A stretch of DNA of 64,000 nt from an uncultured Muribaculaceae bacterium (GCA_964370475.1 CAYJJI010000001.1:50363-114362), one strand, 5' to 3'; positions 1 to 9,532 are shown, counted from the stretch's first letter. Translations and numbers: made by a program. Notes: generated from the letters alone by a model not told the origin.

Positions 1-1
1 T

Positions 2-445
2 ATTAAAGGCATAGACAGTTATTCTAAGTCCAAAAGTACTAGAATAACTACCTATGCTGCTAGATGCATAGAAAACGAAATATTAATGCATTTTCGTTCA
101 TCAAAAAAACACTTAAACAATATATCTTTAAACGACTATGTCGGTTACGACAAAGACGGAAATGAAGTAAGCCTAATTGATTTAGTTAAAGATGATGAAA
201 TAGACATAGCTACTAAAATCCATTTAGAAAATAACATTGATTTATTAACAAATTATTTAAAAGTATTAAATGAAAGAGAAAAAGAAATAATAACTAAAAG
301 ATATGGATTATTTAATACAGAATCAATGACACAAAAACAAATATCTAAAGAATTAAAAATAAGTAGAAGCTATGTATCAAGAATTGAAAAAAGAGCCTTA
401 ACAAGGCTCTTAAAAGAATTTATAAAAAGTAAAAACGAAATCTAA
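2..445 (+). CDS. Sporulation-type sigma factor (SigE/SigG/SigK family), 5'-truncated at the window edge
   Basis: Frame continues from position 2. TYAARCIENEILMHFR (region 2.4/3 hallmark of sporulation sigmas) and C-terminal ISRSYVSRIEKRALTRLLKEF (region 4.2 HTH). Confidence 0.7.
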   Translation: MKGIDSYSKSKSTRITTYAARCIENEILMHFRSSKKHLNNISLNDYVGYDKDGNEVSLIDLVKDDEIDIATKIHLENNIDLLTNYLKVLNEREKEIITKRYGLFNTESMTQKQISKELKISRSYVSRIEKRALTRLLKEFIKSKNEI

Positions 446-861
446 AGATTTACTTTATCAATATCATCAATTACAAGTAATTGATCTTCAATAACTCCTT
501 TAATTCTTCTTTTATATAATACAATTTTTCTTCTTAATTCTTCAGATTCCTCATTAACTCTACGAGCTCTAATTAAAGAATCATTAAGTATTCTTGAAGC
601 ATCATTCTTAGCTTTATCAATAATTAAAGAAGCCTCATTCTGAGCGTTTCTTTTTATTTGTTTACCCGCTTCTTCAGCAACATAAACAGCTTTTTCAAAT
701 GTTTCATTTATATTTACAGGATTACTCCTCAAAGATTTTAATTCTTCTTCTTGAACTTTCAACTTACTTAAAATGCTTTCATACTCTTTAGTAACACTAT
801 TTAGAAATTCAATAACTTCTAACTTATCATAACCATTAATACTAGTTTTAAAATTCTTCAT
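442..861 (-). CDS. divIVA: DivIVA-domain cell-division protein
   Basis: N-terminal GYDKLEVIEFL DivIVA motif, coiled-coil remainder. 6 nt downstream of sepF, as in the ylm-sepF-divIVA cluster. Confidence 0.6.
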   Translation of the reverse strand: MKNFKTSINGYDKLEVIEFLNSVTKEYESILSKLKVQEEELKSLRSNPVNINETFEKAVYVAEEAGKQIKRNAQNEASLIIDKAKNDASRILNDSLIRARRVNEESEELRRKIVLYKRRIKGVIEDQLLVIDDIDKVNL

Positions 862-867
862 GGTATA

Positions 868-1275
868 TTACCATTCTATTTCTTCGTCTATTTCTTCTTT
901 ACTACTAGCATCTTCAGTTATTTTACCTTGAACATTAACATTTTTAGGAGCACATAAATAAATACCAACTCCAATTTTTTGCATTGAACCACCTATAGAA
1001 TATATACATCCACTAAGAAAATCAATAATTCTCTTAGCTTGATCAGAAGTAACTCTCTTTAAATTAACTACAACACTATTTCTAGTCTTCAAGTGATCAG
1101 CTATTTGTTGACTTTCAGAAAATGCACGAGGTTCAAGTAAAATCATTTTATTACCAGTTCTCTCAGCTTCTTCTATAGCTTCTTCCTCAGATATAGTGTA
1201 AAATTCATCTTCAGAACCAGACATTTTTTCTTCTTCACCCATACCTAATAAATTCTTTAACTTCTTTAGTGCCAT
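868..1275 (-). CDS. sepF: Cell division protein SepF (DUF552)
   Basis: 135 aa, SepF-like core (VVVNLKRV...DFLSG.IYSIGG). AGGAGG ribosome-binding site upstream of the ATG. Confidence 0.7.
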   Translation of the reverse strand: MALKKLKNLLGMGEEEKMSGSEDEFYTISEEEAIEEAERTGNKMILLEPRAFSESQQIADHLKTRNSVVVNLKRVTSDQAKRIIDFLSGCIYSIGGSMQKIGVGIYLCAPKNVNVQGKITEDASSKEEIDEEIEW

Positions 1276-1298
1276 AACTAATCCTCCTTAGTATCTTA

Positions 1299-1327
1299 AT
1301 TATACTAAAATATAAATAATAATTCAA
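1299..1327 (-). promoter_or_regulatory. Sigma-A-type promoter candidate for sepF-divIVA (-35 TTGAAT, 17 bp spacer, -10 TATAAT on minus strand)
   Basis: Plus-strand attcaa at 1322-1327 and attata at 1299-1304, read as TTGAAT-N17-TATAAT on the minus strand, about 25 nt upstream of the sepF ribosome-binding site. Confidence 0.4.
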
Positions 1328-1593
1328 TATCAAATAGATAAAAAATTTATATTTTAAAATCTATCACTCCACATCCTTTAATTAAACTTTTCATAAGTGC
1401 CGAAATTTTTCTATCAGGGTTATAGTGTGCTTCGTGCCTATTTATTTCCACCCTAATTTCCAGTGCATTTGCAGAAAGTTTGAAATCAGGACAGCCTCTC
1501 TCATCAATTCAGCCACTTAAAGGAATATCACCTTTCATCCTCAAAGTAGAACATACTTAAAAGCATTATCTCTATAAATTCATCAAATTTTGC

Positions 1594-1765
1594 TACTGTA
1601 AAACGGAAACCACTGAGCGTGCCGAATGGACGACACCGCCAAAACCACCATTCCTGGCAAAGGTCCAAACACCAGTAACACTACCATTGTTAGAATGTCC
1701 GCCTCGCATGAACCAGGAATTGCTCGAGTTCACAAAGTTAGCGTCTTATAACAGCTGTCCACCAA
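1594..1765 (-). pseudogene. Decayed 3'-terminal fragment of an FGE-like paralog (last ~50 codons, no 5' part)
   Basis: Minus-strand translation ANFVNSSNSWFMRGGHSNNGSVTGVWTFARNGGFGGVVHSARSVVSVLQ* aligns with the C-terminus of the 2072..3850 gene (ANFVNSTYSWFNRGGSCYDDSGAGVWNF...SARSVLSFAQ*). DNA is about 70-75% identical. An in-frame TAA and a 2-nt indel lie immediately upstream. Confidence 0.55.
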
Positions 1766-2043
1766 TCATCAAACTATACACTATTTGACATATAATTTCA
1801 TTCTGAAAATTTCTACGCAGGGTTTCTTTTAATACATTTCAAAAAACCCTGCGCAGTACACCATGTTTGTACTGCACTTCGTGCTTGTTTATTCCCCTCC
1901 ATCAACTCTTGCTTCGCTAGAGTTGATGCTGTCCCGATTTTTGGAGCGTTCGCGCAAGGTGAAAAATCGGAACGGGTCATCGCCCGAAGTCTCTGCTGCT
2001 TTAGGGAGCTTTCACGTTACTTATTAAGTGAGGAACGCACTTT

Positions 2044-2070
2044 AAAAAAACGAACTACGTTCGTTTTTTT
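2044..2070. terminator. Bidirectional rho-independent terminator (A7-CGAAC-TAC-GTTCG-T7)
   Basis: aaaaaaacgaactacgttcgttttttt lies directly after the stop of the 2072..3850 gene. Confidence 0.6.
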
Positions 2071-2071
2071 G

Positions 2072-3850
2072 TTACTGCGCGAAGGAAAGCACCGAGCGTG
2101 CCGAAGAGAGGCCGTTAGGATATCCAGTGAGGCTGCTGAAATTCCAAACACCAGCACCACTGTCATCATAACAAGACCCACCTCGGTTGAACCAGGAATA
2201 AGTCGAGTTGACAAAGTTAGCTTTATCAGAGCTCCAGTTGGACATCGTAGTGCTATATGGATTTAACTCTACTGTTGCATCTCCATATATACCTCTTGTA
2301 TAATCACTAGAACTTGATCCATTAGCATATGAATCATAGTGCTTTGCATCTGGGGTAGTGGTGAAACCTGAAAGACTTGGATAGAAGTTTCCACTGCTAT
2401 CTTGCATATTCCCCATTACATATTCCCATCTTCCTCCTGCCATATCATATATACCTGTTATATTATGGGTTGTACTTGCTTTTATTCCATTTGCTGTTTC
2501 CCATCTATTACTTGCTGGACATATATTTATCCCTAATTCTGAGACATCTTGACTTGTATCAGATCCTCCACATCCAGTTACTATATCATATCCATTTGAA
2601 CTAGAATAATAATTATTGTTCTCTATTTTTACTGAACACGCTACATCATCTTCACATATTCCGTATTTAGATTGCGATAGATACGCTACCGCTCCCCACT
2701 CAGTATTTTTCATCATATGCATATCTGTGGTTGCATCCAATGAATATGCATTTTTAGTTCTTTGTATATTATAAAACATTGTACTTACATTTGCATTATG
2801 TGCTGAATTGACATTTGGTTTTATAATATAAGTAGTTTCCATGTCATTATTATTTTTTGGGTAATCTCCAGCATCTATAAAAATATTTTGCCATCCTAAC
2901 TCAAACTTCCCTACCCAAAGACCAGCTTGTTCTACACCACCAAAAGTAAATGCAGGATGAATTATTACATCATTATTTTCTATATCAGTATTAACTTTAC
3001 TAATTGGTACAAAGTTTATTTCTATTGATTCTTGTGCATTTACTATTGATGATTTTTTATATTCATATCTTGGAATCCATACATACATCTGCTCTATTGA
3101 TTCCATTGGTATTGTAGTTCCCGGATTTAGTGTTGTAAATGTTGGATCTACTATTACCGCATTCGCCCATTTTGATTCAGCATAACTATACCAAGCATCT
3201 TCATATATATCAGCAACAGTTACAACACCTGTATCTGCTATATTAACTGGTATCATTTTACTATCTAATACTGGATCACTTCCTGCTAAAACAGGATCAG
3301 TATAAGGAGGAAATGCTGCCTCAGCACTAACCGTAATCTTAGCTTGTATCTTTTTATTAGCAGCATTAGAAAGAGTTCCAGATCCATCTATCCACATTCT
3401 AAACATATGTTCATTAACTGCTCCTGGAGCTAAATTATAAGAAGATAAATTATAAGCAGTAGCTCCTTCAATAGTTGCTGTAGTAGTATTGCTTATAATA
3501 CTAGGAGTTAATCCATCAATAGAATATTTAATAAGATCATGACTTATATCAGTAATACTTAATACTTCTAAATTAACACTATATCTAGCATCAACAGTAC
3601 AAGTATTTTCTATTGAAAAGAAATAAGGAGCTTGAAACATTCCTTGATCATCAGTTAAAGGAAAAGAATTAGTTAAATTAATAGTACTACTACTATCCTC
3701 AGCAAAAACAATACTAAAACATCCCGAATCAACTAAATTTTCTCCAGATTGAGTTTCCCTTATCGACCATAATGCATACGAAAAACCAACAGCTATAGCT
3801 ACTGTTAATAATAAAGCAGTACCAATCAATATAATAAATTTAGGTTTCAT
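2072..3850 (-). CDS. Secreted modular protein, paralog 1: Sec signal peptide, unknown N-terminal module A, conserved linker B, C-terminal FGE/SUMF1-like domain
   Basis: Probable start at MKPKF (AGGAG 8 nt upstream; the ORF track has a longer alternative start). Hydrophobic segment ends ..SYA/LW. C-terminal motifs GIYDMAGGRWEYVMGN and WFNRGGSCYDDSGAGVW resemble FGE motifs GxYDMxGNVWEW and RVxRGGSW. Confidence 0.6.
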   Translation of the reverse strand: MKPKFIILIGTALLLTVAIAVGFSYALWSIRETQSGENLVDSGCFSIVFAEDSSSTINLTNSFPLTDDQGMFQAPYFFSIENTCTVDARYSVNLEVLSITDISHDLIKYSIDGLTPSIISNTTTATIEGATAYNLSSYNLAPGAVNEHMFRMWIDGSGTLSNAANKKIQAKITVSAEAAFPPYTDPVLAGSDPVLDSKMIPVNIADTGVVTVADIYEDAWYSYAESKWANAVIVDPTFTTLNPGTTIPMESIEQMYVWIPRYEYKKSSIVNAQESIEINFVPISKVNTDIENNDVIIHPAFTFGGVEQAGLWVGKFELGWQNIFIDAGDYPKNNNDMETTYIIKPNVNSAHNANVSTMFYNIQRTKNAYSLDATTDMHMMKNTEWGAVAYLSQSKYGICEDDVACSVKIENNNYYSSSNGYDIVTGCGGSDTSQDVSELGINICPASNRWETANGIKASTTHNITGIYDMAGGRWEYVMGNMQDSSGNFYPSLSGFTTTPDAKHYDSYANGSSSSDYTRGIYGDATVELNPYSTTMSNWSSDKANFVNSTYSWFNRGGSCYDDSGAGVWNFSSLTGYPNGLSSARSVLSFAQ

Positions 3851-3904
3851 TAAAACACTCCTATCATTAAAATAATTATATAACAAAATAAATATAAGTA
3901 CAAG

Positions 3905-3937
3905 TTAAAAGAATTACTAAAATAGTAATTCTTTTAA
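3905..3937. promoter_or_regulatory. Perfect 15-bp-arm palindrome (ttaaaagaattacta-aaa-tagtaattcttttaa) upstream of paralog 1
   Basis: Seen directly in the sequence. Sits about 55-90 nt upstream of the paralog 1 start codon. Could be an operator or a divergent terminator. Confidence 0.3.
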
Positions 3938-3977
3938 CTAAATATATAACTCTACATAAAATATATTAGGTGATTAT

Positions 3978-4160
3978 ATGAACAAACCTCCTAAACAAGT
4001 TACTCCTTTTAAAGTATTTATTATTACTACCCTTTTAGTACTAATATTTTATCAATCAATAATAACTTTAATAATACCATTTAGAATAAATGTATTTGTT
4101 TTATTTATTGAAGTCTGTTTACTTATTTTCTTTCTCTTTAGAGTAATATGGCCTTATTAA
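3978..4160 (+). CDS. Small hydrophobic ORF (60 aa, 2 predicted TM), uncertain
   Basis: AGGTGA 4 nt before the ATG. Composition is the F/I/L/Y codon set expected by chance in AT-rich DNA. Overlaps the 3' end of the ysxE-like gene. Confidence 0.2.
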   Translation: MNKPPKQVTPFKVFIITTLLVLIFYQSIITLIIPFRINVFVLFIEVCLLIFFLFRVIWPY

Positions 4161-5012
4161 TGCTTCACTCTTAAATATATAATCTAACTGCTTTCTAACT
4201 ACTTCTGTTTTATCATACTCACTACCACTAAATACTATCTCACCAGGCATTGCAATCAAAATATATAATAATTTCAATTCATCTTCATTTAAAGAAAACT
4301 CATCCAAATATATATTTAACAGCGTACTAAATTCCAAATCATAGTAATGTTTTTTATAAAACATTACTATATCCCACACTGGTGTATCAACCCGACTCTT
4401 TTCCCAACTAACTAAATAGTCTAAATCCCCTTTTAAATAATGATCAAGTTCCAAATTATTATGTAACAAACAAACTCTTTGTTTGTTTTTTTCTTTAACT
4501 AAATCATACCATTTATCCAACTCACTTTCACAAAATAATAAAGCATTATTAATAGAAGAATAATTCCTAACAAATAAATAACTAGAAGGACTCATAAACT
4601 CTTCAATTATTAATTCATCAAATAAAGAAATATAAAATGATTTAGAATACAATATATTATTTTTAATATTATCATAAATCTCTTTATATACATTATTTGT
4701 TACTTCCTTAAAATAAGCAGTCTTATTATGTAAAGAAGCTATCAATCTAATTAAATCTTCTGATTGTTGTTCTATAGGTTCGTTAATAGTATCAATATAT
4801 TCATACACTAAAACATCACTTCTAGAACCATCAATAAGTTTAGGAACATTATGAAAATTCCTACTCTTTAAATAATTAAATAACTCATTAATATCCTTTT
4901 CCTTTTTCTTTACTATAAACTTTCCATCCATAGTATCAAAAATTTTAACACTCTTATTTAAAGTAACCCTAAGAGGTTTATATATCTCTGTTAATAAATC
5001 AACACTATTCAT
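4119..5012 (-). CDS. ysxE: CotS/YsxE-family spore-coat kinase-like protein
   Basis: 297 aa with an APH/CotS-like fold (CLLHNNLELDHYL resembles the H.D....N catalytic loop). Overlaps the preceding spoVID-like gene by 8 nt, as in the spoVID-ysxE operon. Confidence 0.45.
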   Translation of the reverse strand: MNSVDLLTEIYKPLRVTLNKSVKIFDTMDGKFIVKKKEKDINELFNYLKSRNFHNVPKLIDGSRSDVLVYEYIDTINEPIEQQSEDLIRLIASLHNKTAYFKEVTNNVYKEIYDNIKNNILYSKSFYISLFDELIIEEFMSPSSYLFVRNYSSINNALLFCESELDKWYDLVKEKNKQRVCLLHNNLELDHYLKGDLDYLVSWEKSRVDTPVWDIVMFYKKHYYDLEFSTLLNIYLDEFSLNEDELKLLYILIAMPGEIVFSGSEYDKTEVVRKQLDYIFKSEALIRPYYSKEKENK

Positions 5013-5574
5013 TATTACTAGGTATAATTAACTTATCTCCAACTTTTATATTACTAATATCATTATACTCCTTAATATATTCAACACTAGTTTGATATTT
5101 AGAACATATTATTTCAATAGTTTCTTCTTCTTTAACTATATGAATATTATAAAGAATATAAGAATCATCACTATTAGTAATTAACTCTTCCTTAGGTTCT
5201 TCTATTTCATTAACTAATTCCTTATAATCAACTCTAACATCCTCTATAATTTCTTTCTCCATAGTATCAATCATAAACTCTATATTAACTCTTAATATAT
5301 TAGGACTTACAACATCATAAGTAAAATCAACAATCGAAAAGTCAACAAGCTCAGTAACATCATTAGTATAATTAATCGAAAAAGGAATTAAATGTCTAAA
5401 ACTATCTTTATTAACACTAATTTCATGAGCTTTATATTCTCCACTAACTATAAAATTCCCGCTAACTCCCTCAGTATCATCAACATAATCATGTTCCAAA
5501 GATATACTGCATATTTCAGCTATCTTAGTATCAAATTCAATATCATTAGATATTGGCACATTCTTCTTCATCAA
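5005..5574 (-). CDS. spoVID: SpoVID/SipL-like spore morphogenetic protein (short form) with C-terminal LysM domain
   Basis: N-terminus SISLEHDYV...VSGEY resembles SpoVID_N (SLDPDIRV...LTGEY). C-terminal LysM (CSKYQTSVEYIKEYNDISNIKVGDKLIIP). Confidence 0.5.
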   Translation of the reverse strand: MMKKNVPISNDIEFDTKIAEICSISLEHDYVDDTEGVSGNFIVSGEYKAHEISVNKDSFRHLIPFSINYTNDVTELVDFSIVDFTYDVVSPNILRVNIEFMIDTMEKEIIEDVRVDYKELVNEIEEPKEELITNSDDSYILYNIHIVKEEETIEIICSKYQTSVEYIKEYNDISNIKVGDKLIIPSNNE

Positions 5575-5614
5575 ATCATCTCCTAAAAAAGAATATGAAT
5601 ATAATAATTTTTTA

Positions 5615-5645
5615 TACCAAAAAAAGAAGATTACTCTTCTTTAAA
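5615..5645 (-). terminator. Rho-independent terminator of lon (hairpin including the stop codon, then T-run on minus strand)
   Basis: Minus strand reads aaagaag-agtaat-cttcttt followed by a T-run. Confidence 0.5.
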
Positions 5646-7949
5646 TAAATTATTAAATATTTCATCATATTTATTAACCCCAATAATCTCTAAATTATCA
5701 AGGACATATTTAGGAATAAACTCCAAATCAGTAACATTATCTTTAGGAATAAATATCTTTTTAATACCACTGTTATAAGCTCCAATAACTTTTTCTCTTA
5801 ATCCACCAATTTTTAATACATCACCTTGTAAATTAATTTCTCCAGTCATTGATATCTTATAATCAATTAATTTACTAGATAATAAACTAATCAAAGAAGT
5901 AACAATAGCACAACCAGCACTAGGTCCATCCTTTTTTATAGCTCCCTCTAAAAAGTGAATATGAATATCTTTCTTATCAAAAAAATAATCATTTACCATA
6001 AATTTATCTTTATTAGATCTTATATAACTGATAGCTACATCAACAGACTCATTCATCGTTTGACCAAGTAATCCCGTAATAATTCTCTTCCCACTACCAT
6101 CATACATCGAAGATTCTATTTGCATTATTAAACCACCAAAAGGAGTATAAGCCATTCCATTAACTACTCCAAAACTATCAAATAATATTTCATTATTAGA
6201 GTACTTACTATAACTTAAATATTTAACTAAATCCTTATCAGTTAATTTCTTAATAGATTTTTTATCTTTAATAATCCAATCAGTAACAATCTTTCTAACT
6301 ATTGTTTCCAAATTTCTTTGTAAATCTCTAACCCCAGATTCCTTCGTATAAGATTTAATAATTTTTAAAAGTAACTCATCATTAAAAACAATATCTTTCT
6401 TTAAAACTATATGATCTTTATATATATTAGGCAACAAATAGTTTTTAGCTATATCTACTTTTTGAAACTCAGTATAACTAGATAACTCAATTATCTCTAA
6501 TCTATCTAATAAAGCAGCTGGAATAGCTCCTATATCATTAGCAGTAAGAATAAACAATACCTTAGATAAATCAAAAGGTTCTTCTATATAATTATCAATA
6601 AACATCATATTTTGTTCAGTATCTAAAATATCTAATAAAACAGAAGCAGGATCCCCTTTAAAATCCTTAACCATCTTATCAATTTCATCAATTAAAATTA
6701 AAGGATTATTAACACCAGTCTTATTAATACCTTGAATAATCTTCCCTGCATTAGCTCCAAGATAAGTCTTACGATGTCCAATTAACTCATTAGAATCGTT
6801 CAACCCTCCAACACTAATCTTATAAAAACTTTTCTTTAAAGCTCCAGCAACTGCTTTAGCAAGCGTTGTCTTACCAACACCAGGAGGTCCTACAAAACAC
6901 AAAACAGGCGATTTAATATCCTTATTACGATTCTTTATAGCCACATATTCAATAATTCTCTCTTTAATATTTTCAAGACCATAATGACTCTTATCCAAAT
7001 ACTTTCTAATAACCTTCAAATCATCTTCATCTAAACTACTATTATTCCAAGGCAAATTAAGTACCAAATCTAAATAATTACGTATCACAGATGACTCAGG
7101 AGAAGATTCATTAGTATGTTCAAATTTCTTAATTTCTTTAGATATCTTAGCTTTAATAGAATCACTTATATCTAAATTATTTAATACATCAAAATAACTA
7201 CTAGTTAAATCATCTTTTTCTTCTTCATCACCAAGTTCCTTTTGAATTTCTTTTAACTTTTCTTTTAAAATAAACTCTCTTTGATTGTTTTCAAAAGACA
7301 TCTTCAAATTTTCTTCAATATGGTTATCTAACTCAAGAACTTGTAACTCTAACTTCAAATCAACTATCAAAGCATTAGCACGATGATAAGGATTTAATTC
7401 AACCATATAAGAAAGTTTTTTCTCCATACTAAAAGGAACATTATTAACAACTAAATCAACTAATAAATCTAAATCCTTTGAATTATTTAAAGTATTTATA
7501 AAACTATTAGAAACATATTTAGCAATCTTTAAAAAATCCTTAGTTAAATCAACTATTTTTCTTCTAACAGCTAATTCCTTAATTTCATTAAGTTTAGGAA
7601 AATCCAATAACATACAACGAGCTTCTAACACTTCATTATCTAAAATATAATTTGAATAAGACTTTATCTTAACTCTTCTCTTACCAGTAAGTACTATGCG
7701 GTAATTTCCATTAGGTAATTCTATTTTACTTTTAACAATAGCAATAACCCCTATAAAAGGCAAATCATTAATATCAGGACTCTCTTCAAATTGATTTCTA
7801 GGAGCTACAATTAATAACTCATTATTATGACTTCTAGTAGAAAGCTCAATAATGTTTTTAGATAAAATATTATTAAGTTCTAATTTAACTTCTTGATGAG
7901 GCAAAAGGACTAAATTTTTTAATAATAACACTGGTAAATTAATTGTCAT
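5631..7949 (-). CDS. lon: ATP-dependent Lon protease (LonA)
   Basis: 772 aa with an N-terminal LON domain, Walker A GPPGVGKTT and S16 active-site KDGPSAGCAIVTSLIS. AGGAGG ribosome-binding site. Confidence 0.9.
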   Translation of the reverse strand: MTINLPVLLLKNLVLLPHQEVKLELNNILSKNIIELSTRSHNNELLIVAPRNQFEESPDINDLPFIGVIAIVKSKIELPNGNYRIVLTGKRRVKIKSYSNYILDNEVLEARCMLLDFPKLNEIKELAVRRKIVDLTKDFLKIAKYVSNSFINTLNNSKDLDLLVDLVVNNVPFSMEKKLSYMVELNPYHRANALIVDLKLELQVLELDNHIEENLKMSFENNQREFILKEKLKEIQKELGDEEEKDDLTSSYFDVLNNLDISDSIKAKISKEIKKFEHTNESSPESSVIRNYLDLVLNLPWNNSSLDEDDLKVIRKYLDKSHYGLENIKERIIEYVAIKNRNKDIKSPVLCFVGPPGVGKTTLAKAVAGALKKSFYKISVGGLNDSNELIGHRKTYLGANAGKIIQGINKTGVNNPLILIDEIDKMVKDFKGDPASVLLDILDTEQNMMFIDNYIEEPFDLSKVLFILTANDIGAIPAALLDRLEIIELSSYTEFQKVDIAKNYLLPNIYKDHIVLKKDIVFNDELLLKIIKSYTKESGVRDLQRNLETIVRKIVTDWIIKDKKSIKKLTDKDLVKYLSYSKYSNNEILFDSFGVVNGMAYTPFGGLIMQIESSMYDGSGKRIITGLLGQTMNESVDVAISYIRSNKDKFMVNDYFFDKKDIHIHFLEGAIKKDGPSAGCAIVTSLISLLSSKLIDYKISMTGEINLQGDVLKIGGLREKVIGAYNSGIKKIFIPKDNVTDLEFIPKYVLDNLEIIGVNKYDEIFNNLFKEE

Positions 7950-8041
7950 AATCCGCCTCCTAAAATATATAAAGTATATTATATCTTATCAAAAAAAAAA
8001 GTAAACAACTTTTCACTTTTTTTACATCAACTTGGCAACAT

Positions 8042-9532
8042 TCAGTAAACAGCAGCTACAGATCTAGTAGCATACATTCCATAAGCTATCCCAAAATAAC
8101 TATTAAAAGCAAATACTCCCGCTTCAGTACCTAAATTAGCAGTAGAACCTCTATACATCCAATGATATTCGCCACCAACAAATCCAGCTGAATCACCATT
8201 CCAAGTTATTCTATTCGCTGGAGACATTTCAGTAGTAGCATCACCCGCAATACCTCTTGAATATTCATACATATTGGAAGAATAATTATAAGAATCATAA
8301 TACTTACTAGCAGGAACTGTAGGAAAAGCAGCATATGAATTAACAAAAGTTCCACTAGTACTCTTCATATTAGCCATTACTGCATCATATTTACCACCAG
8401 CCATATCATAAACTCCATAAACATTTCTAGTAGTAGAAGCCTTCGCCCCATTAGTAGTATTCCATCTATAAGTAGAAGGACAAATAGAAAGACCAGAAGC
8501 ATTAACTAAAACAGAAGTATCACTCCCTCCACATCCAGTAATAGTATCTAAATTAGTATTATGGTAACTATTATTCTCAACTTTTAAAGAACATGTCCCA
8601 TTGTCATTACAAACACCATACTTAGATTGAGATAAATACGCAATAGCACCCCATTCAATATTTTTAATCATATGAACATCTGTAGTTGAATCTAAACTAT
8701 AAAGTGTTTTAGCTTCTTGAACTTCCGTAAATAATCCATAATGATTTAAATTAACTACAGGAGCAACATTTGGAATATTCTTTGTATTTGCACCTTGTTC
8801 AAACTTACCTACCCAAAAACCAGATAACTTATCAGTTCCAAATGTAAAAGCAGAATGAGCAGTAGTATTTTTATCAACAAAATAAACATCAATAGCATTT
8901 GCAGAATTTACAATAGAACTAACATCATATCTAAATCTAGGAATCCATACATACATCTGTCCAACAGCACTCATAGGAATAACTGTTCCAGGAGGAGAAT
9001 TAAGATAAGATGTATTAGAAAGAACTATAGCATTCGCCCACTCACTATTCACATAATTGTACCATTCTTCTTCTAAATCAGCTACTTTGATCGTTCCATC
9101 ACTTTCTAAAACAATCGGTAACATTTTCGAATCTAAAAGTGGATCATTTCCATTCAATTCCGTTTCAATATATTTTTTAAAAAAATATATAGAACAATCA
9201 TCATTACCACTAAAAGACATATCTAAAGACCAATTTGATTGATTCCACACAGCTGTAGTAACTCCATCACAAACAAATCTATCAAAATGATAATTAGAAT
9301 TAGCAACAGGAAATTCAGTAGACTTAACACCACTAACATACACATTTAAATTAATAGGAGAATCAACTAACGAATTAATAATTACAGTATTATAATTAAC
9401 TTCAAAATACGCAAAAGAAATTCCCAAAATAGTAAATGCTATTAAAACAAGCAAAGAAAAAATTAAATGCTTTTTAGTATATTTCTTTTTATTATATTCC
9501 TTTGAAACATTAAATTGTTTCATATGAATCAC
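8042..9532 (-). CDS. Secreted modular protein, paralog 2: different N-terminal module, shared linker B, C-terminal FGE/SUMF1-like domain
   Basis: DPLLDSKMLPIV...WYNYVNSEWANAIV linker, then MYVWIPRFRYD..AFTFG..GFWVGKFE..EWGAIAYLSQSKYGVC..ITGCGGSDTS..GVYDMAGGKYDAVMANM..YRGS. Only 6 nt separate it from the pdp stop. Confidence 0.6.
   Translation of the reverse strand: MIHMKQFNVSKEYNKKKYTKKHLIFSLLVLIAFTILGISFAYFEVNYNTVIINSLVDSPINLNVYVSGVKSTEFPVANSNYHFDRFVCDGVTTAVWNQSNWSLDMSFSGNDDCSIYFFKKYIETELNGNDPLLDSKMLPIVLESDGTIKVADLEEEWYNYVNSEWANAIVLSNTSYLNSPPGTVIPMSAVGQMYVWIPRFRYDVSSIVNSANAIDVYFVDKNTTAHSAFTFGTDKLSGFWVGKFEQGANTKNIPNVAPVVNLNHYGLFTEVQEAKTLYSLDSTTDVHMIKNIEWGAIAYLSQSKYGVCNDNGTCSLKVENNSYHNTNLDTITGCGGSDTSVLVNASGLSICPSTYRWNTTNGAKASTTRNVYGVYDMAGGKYDAVMANMKSTSGTFVNSYAAFPTVPASKYYDSYNYSSNMYEYSRGIAGDATTEMSPANRITWNGDSAGFVGGEYHWMYRGSTANLGTEAGVFAFNSYFGIAYGMYATRSVAAVY

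Noticed and set aside
1785-1796. TTGACATATAAT, consensus -35 and -10 hexamers
   Set aside because: The two hexamers are directly abutting (0-bp spacer) instead of 17 bp apart. No properly spaced partner hexamer was found for either, so it is not called as a promoter.
1863-2027. 54-codon GC-rich plus-strand ORF inside the hairpin-dense segment
   Set aside because: No Shine-Dalgarno sequence. The frame coincides with stacked hairpins, so it is more plausibly RNA structure or decayed gene tail than coding.
2069-2604. Plus-strand ORFs 2069..2266 and 2377..2604, and similar plus-strand ORFs at 5392..5586, 8855..9242, 10894..11079, 14465..14821, 17995..18177, 31681..31920, 39760..40002, 42158..42436, 45712..45906, 47386..47685, 48195..48392, 50618..50938, 51055..51249, 55442..55642 and minus-strand 62107..62507
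   Set aside because: All lie antisense inside well-supported genes. They lack ribosome-binding sites and have low-complexity composition (I/L/F/Y/N/S/K) typical of chance frames in AT-rich DNA.
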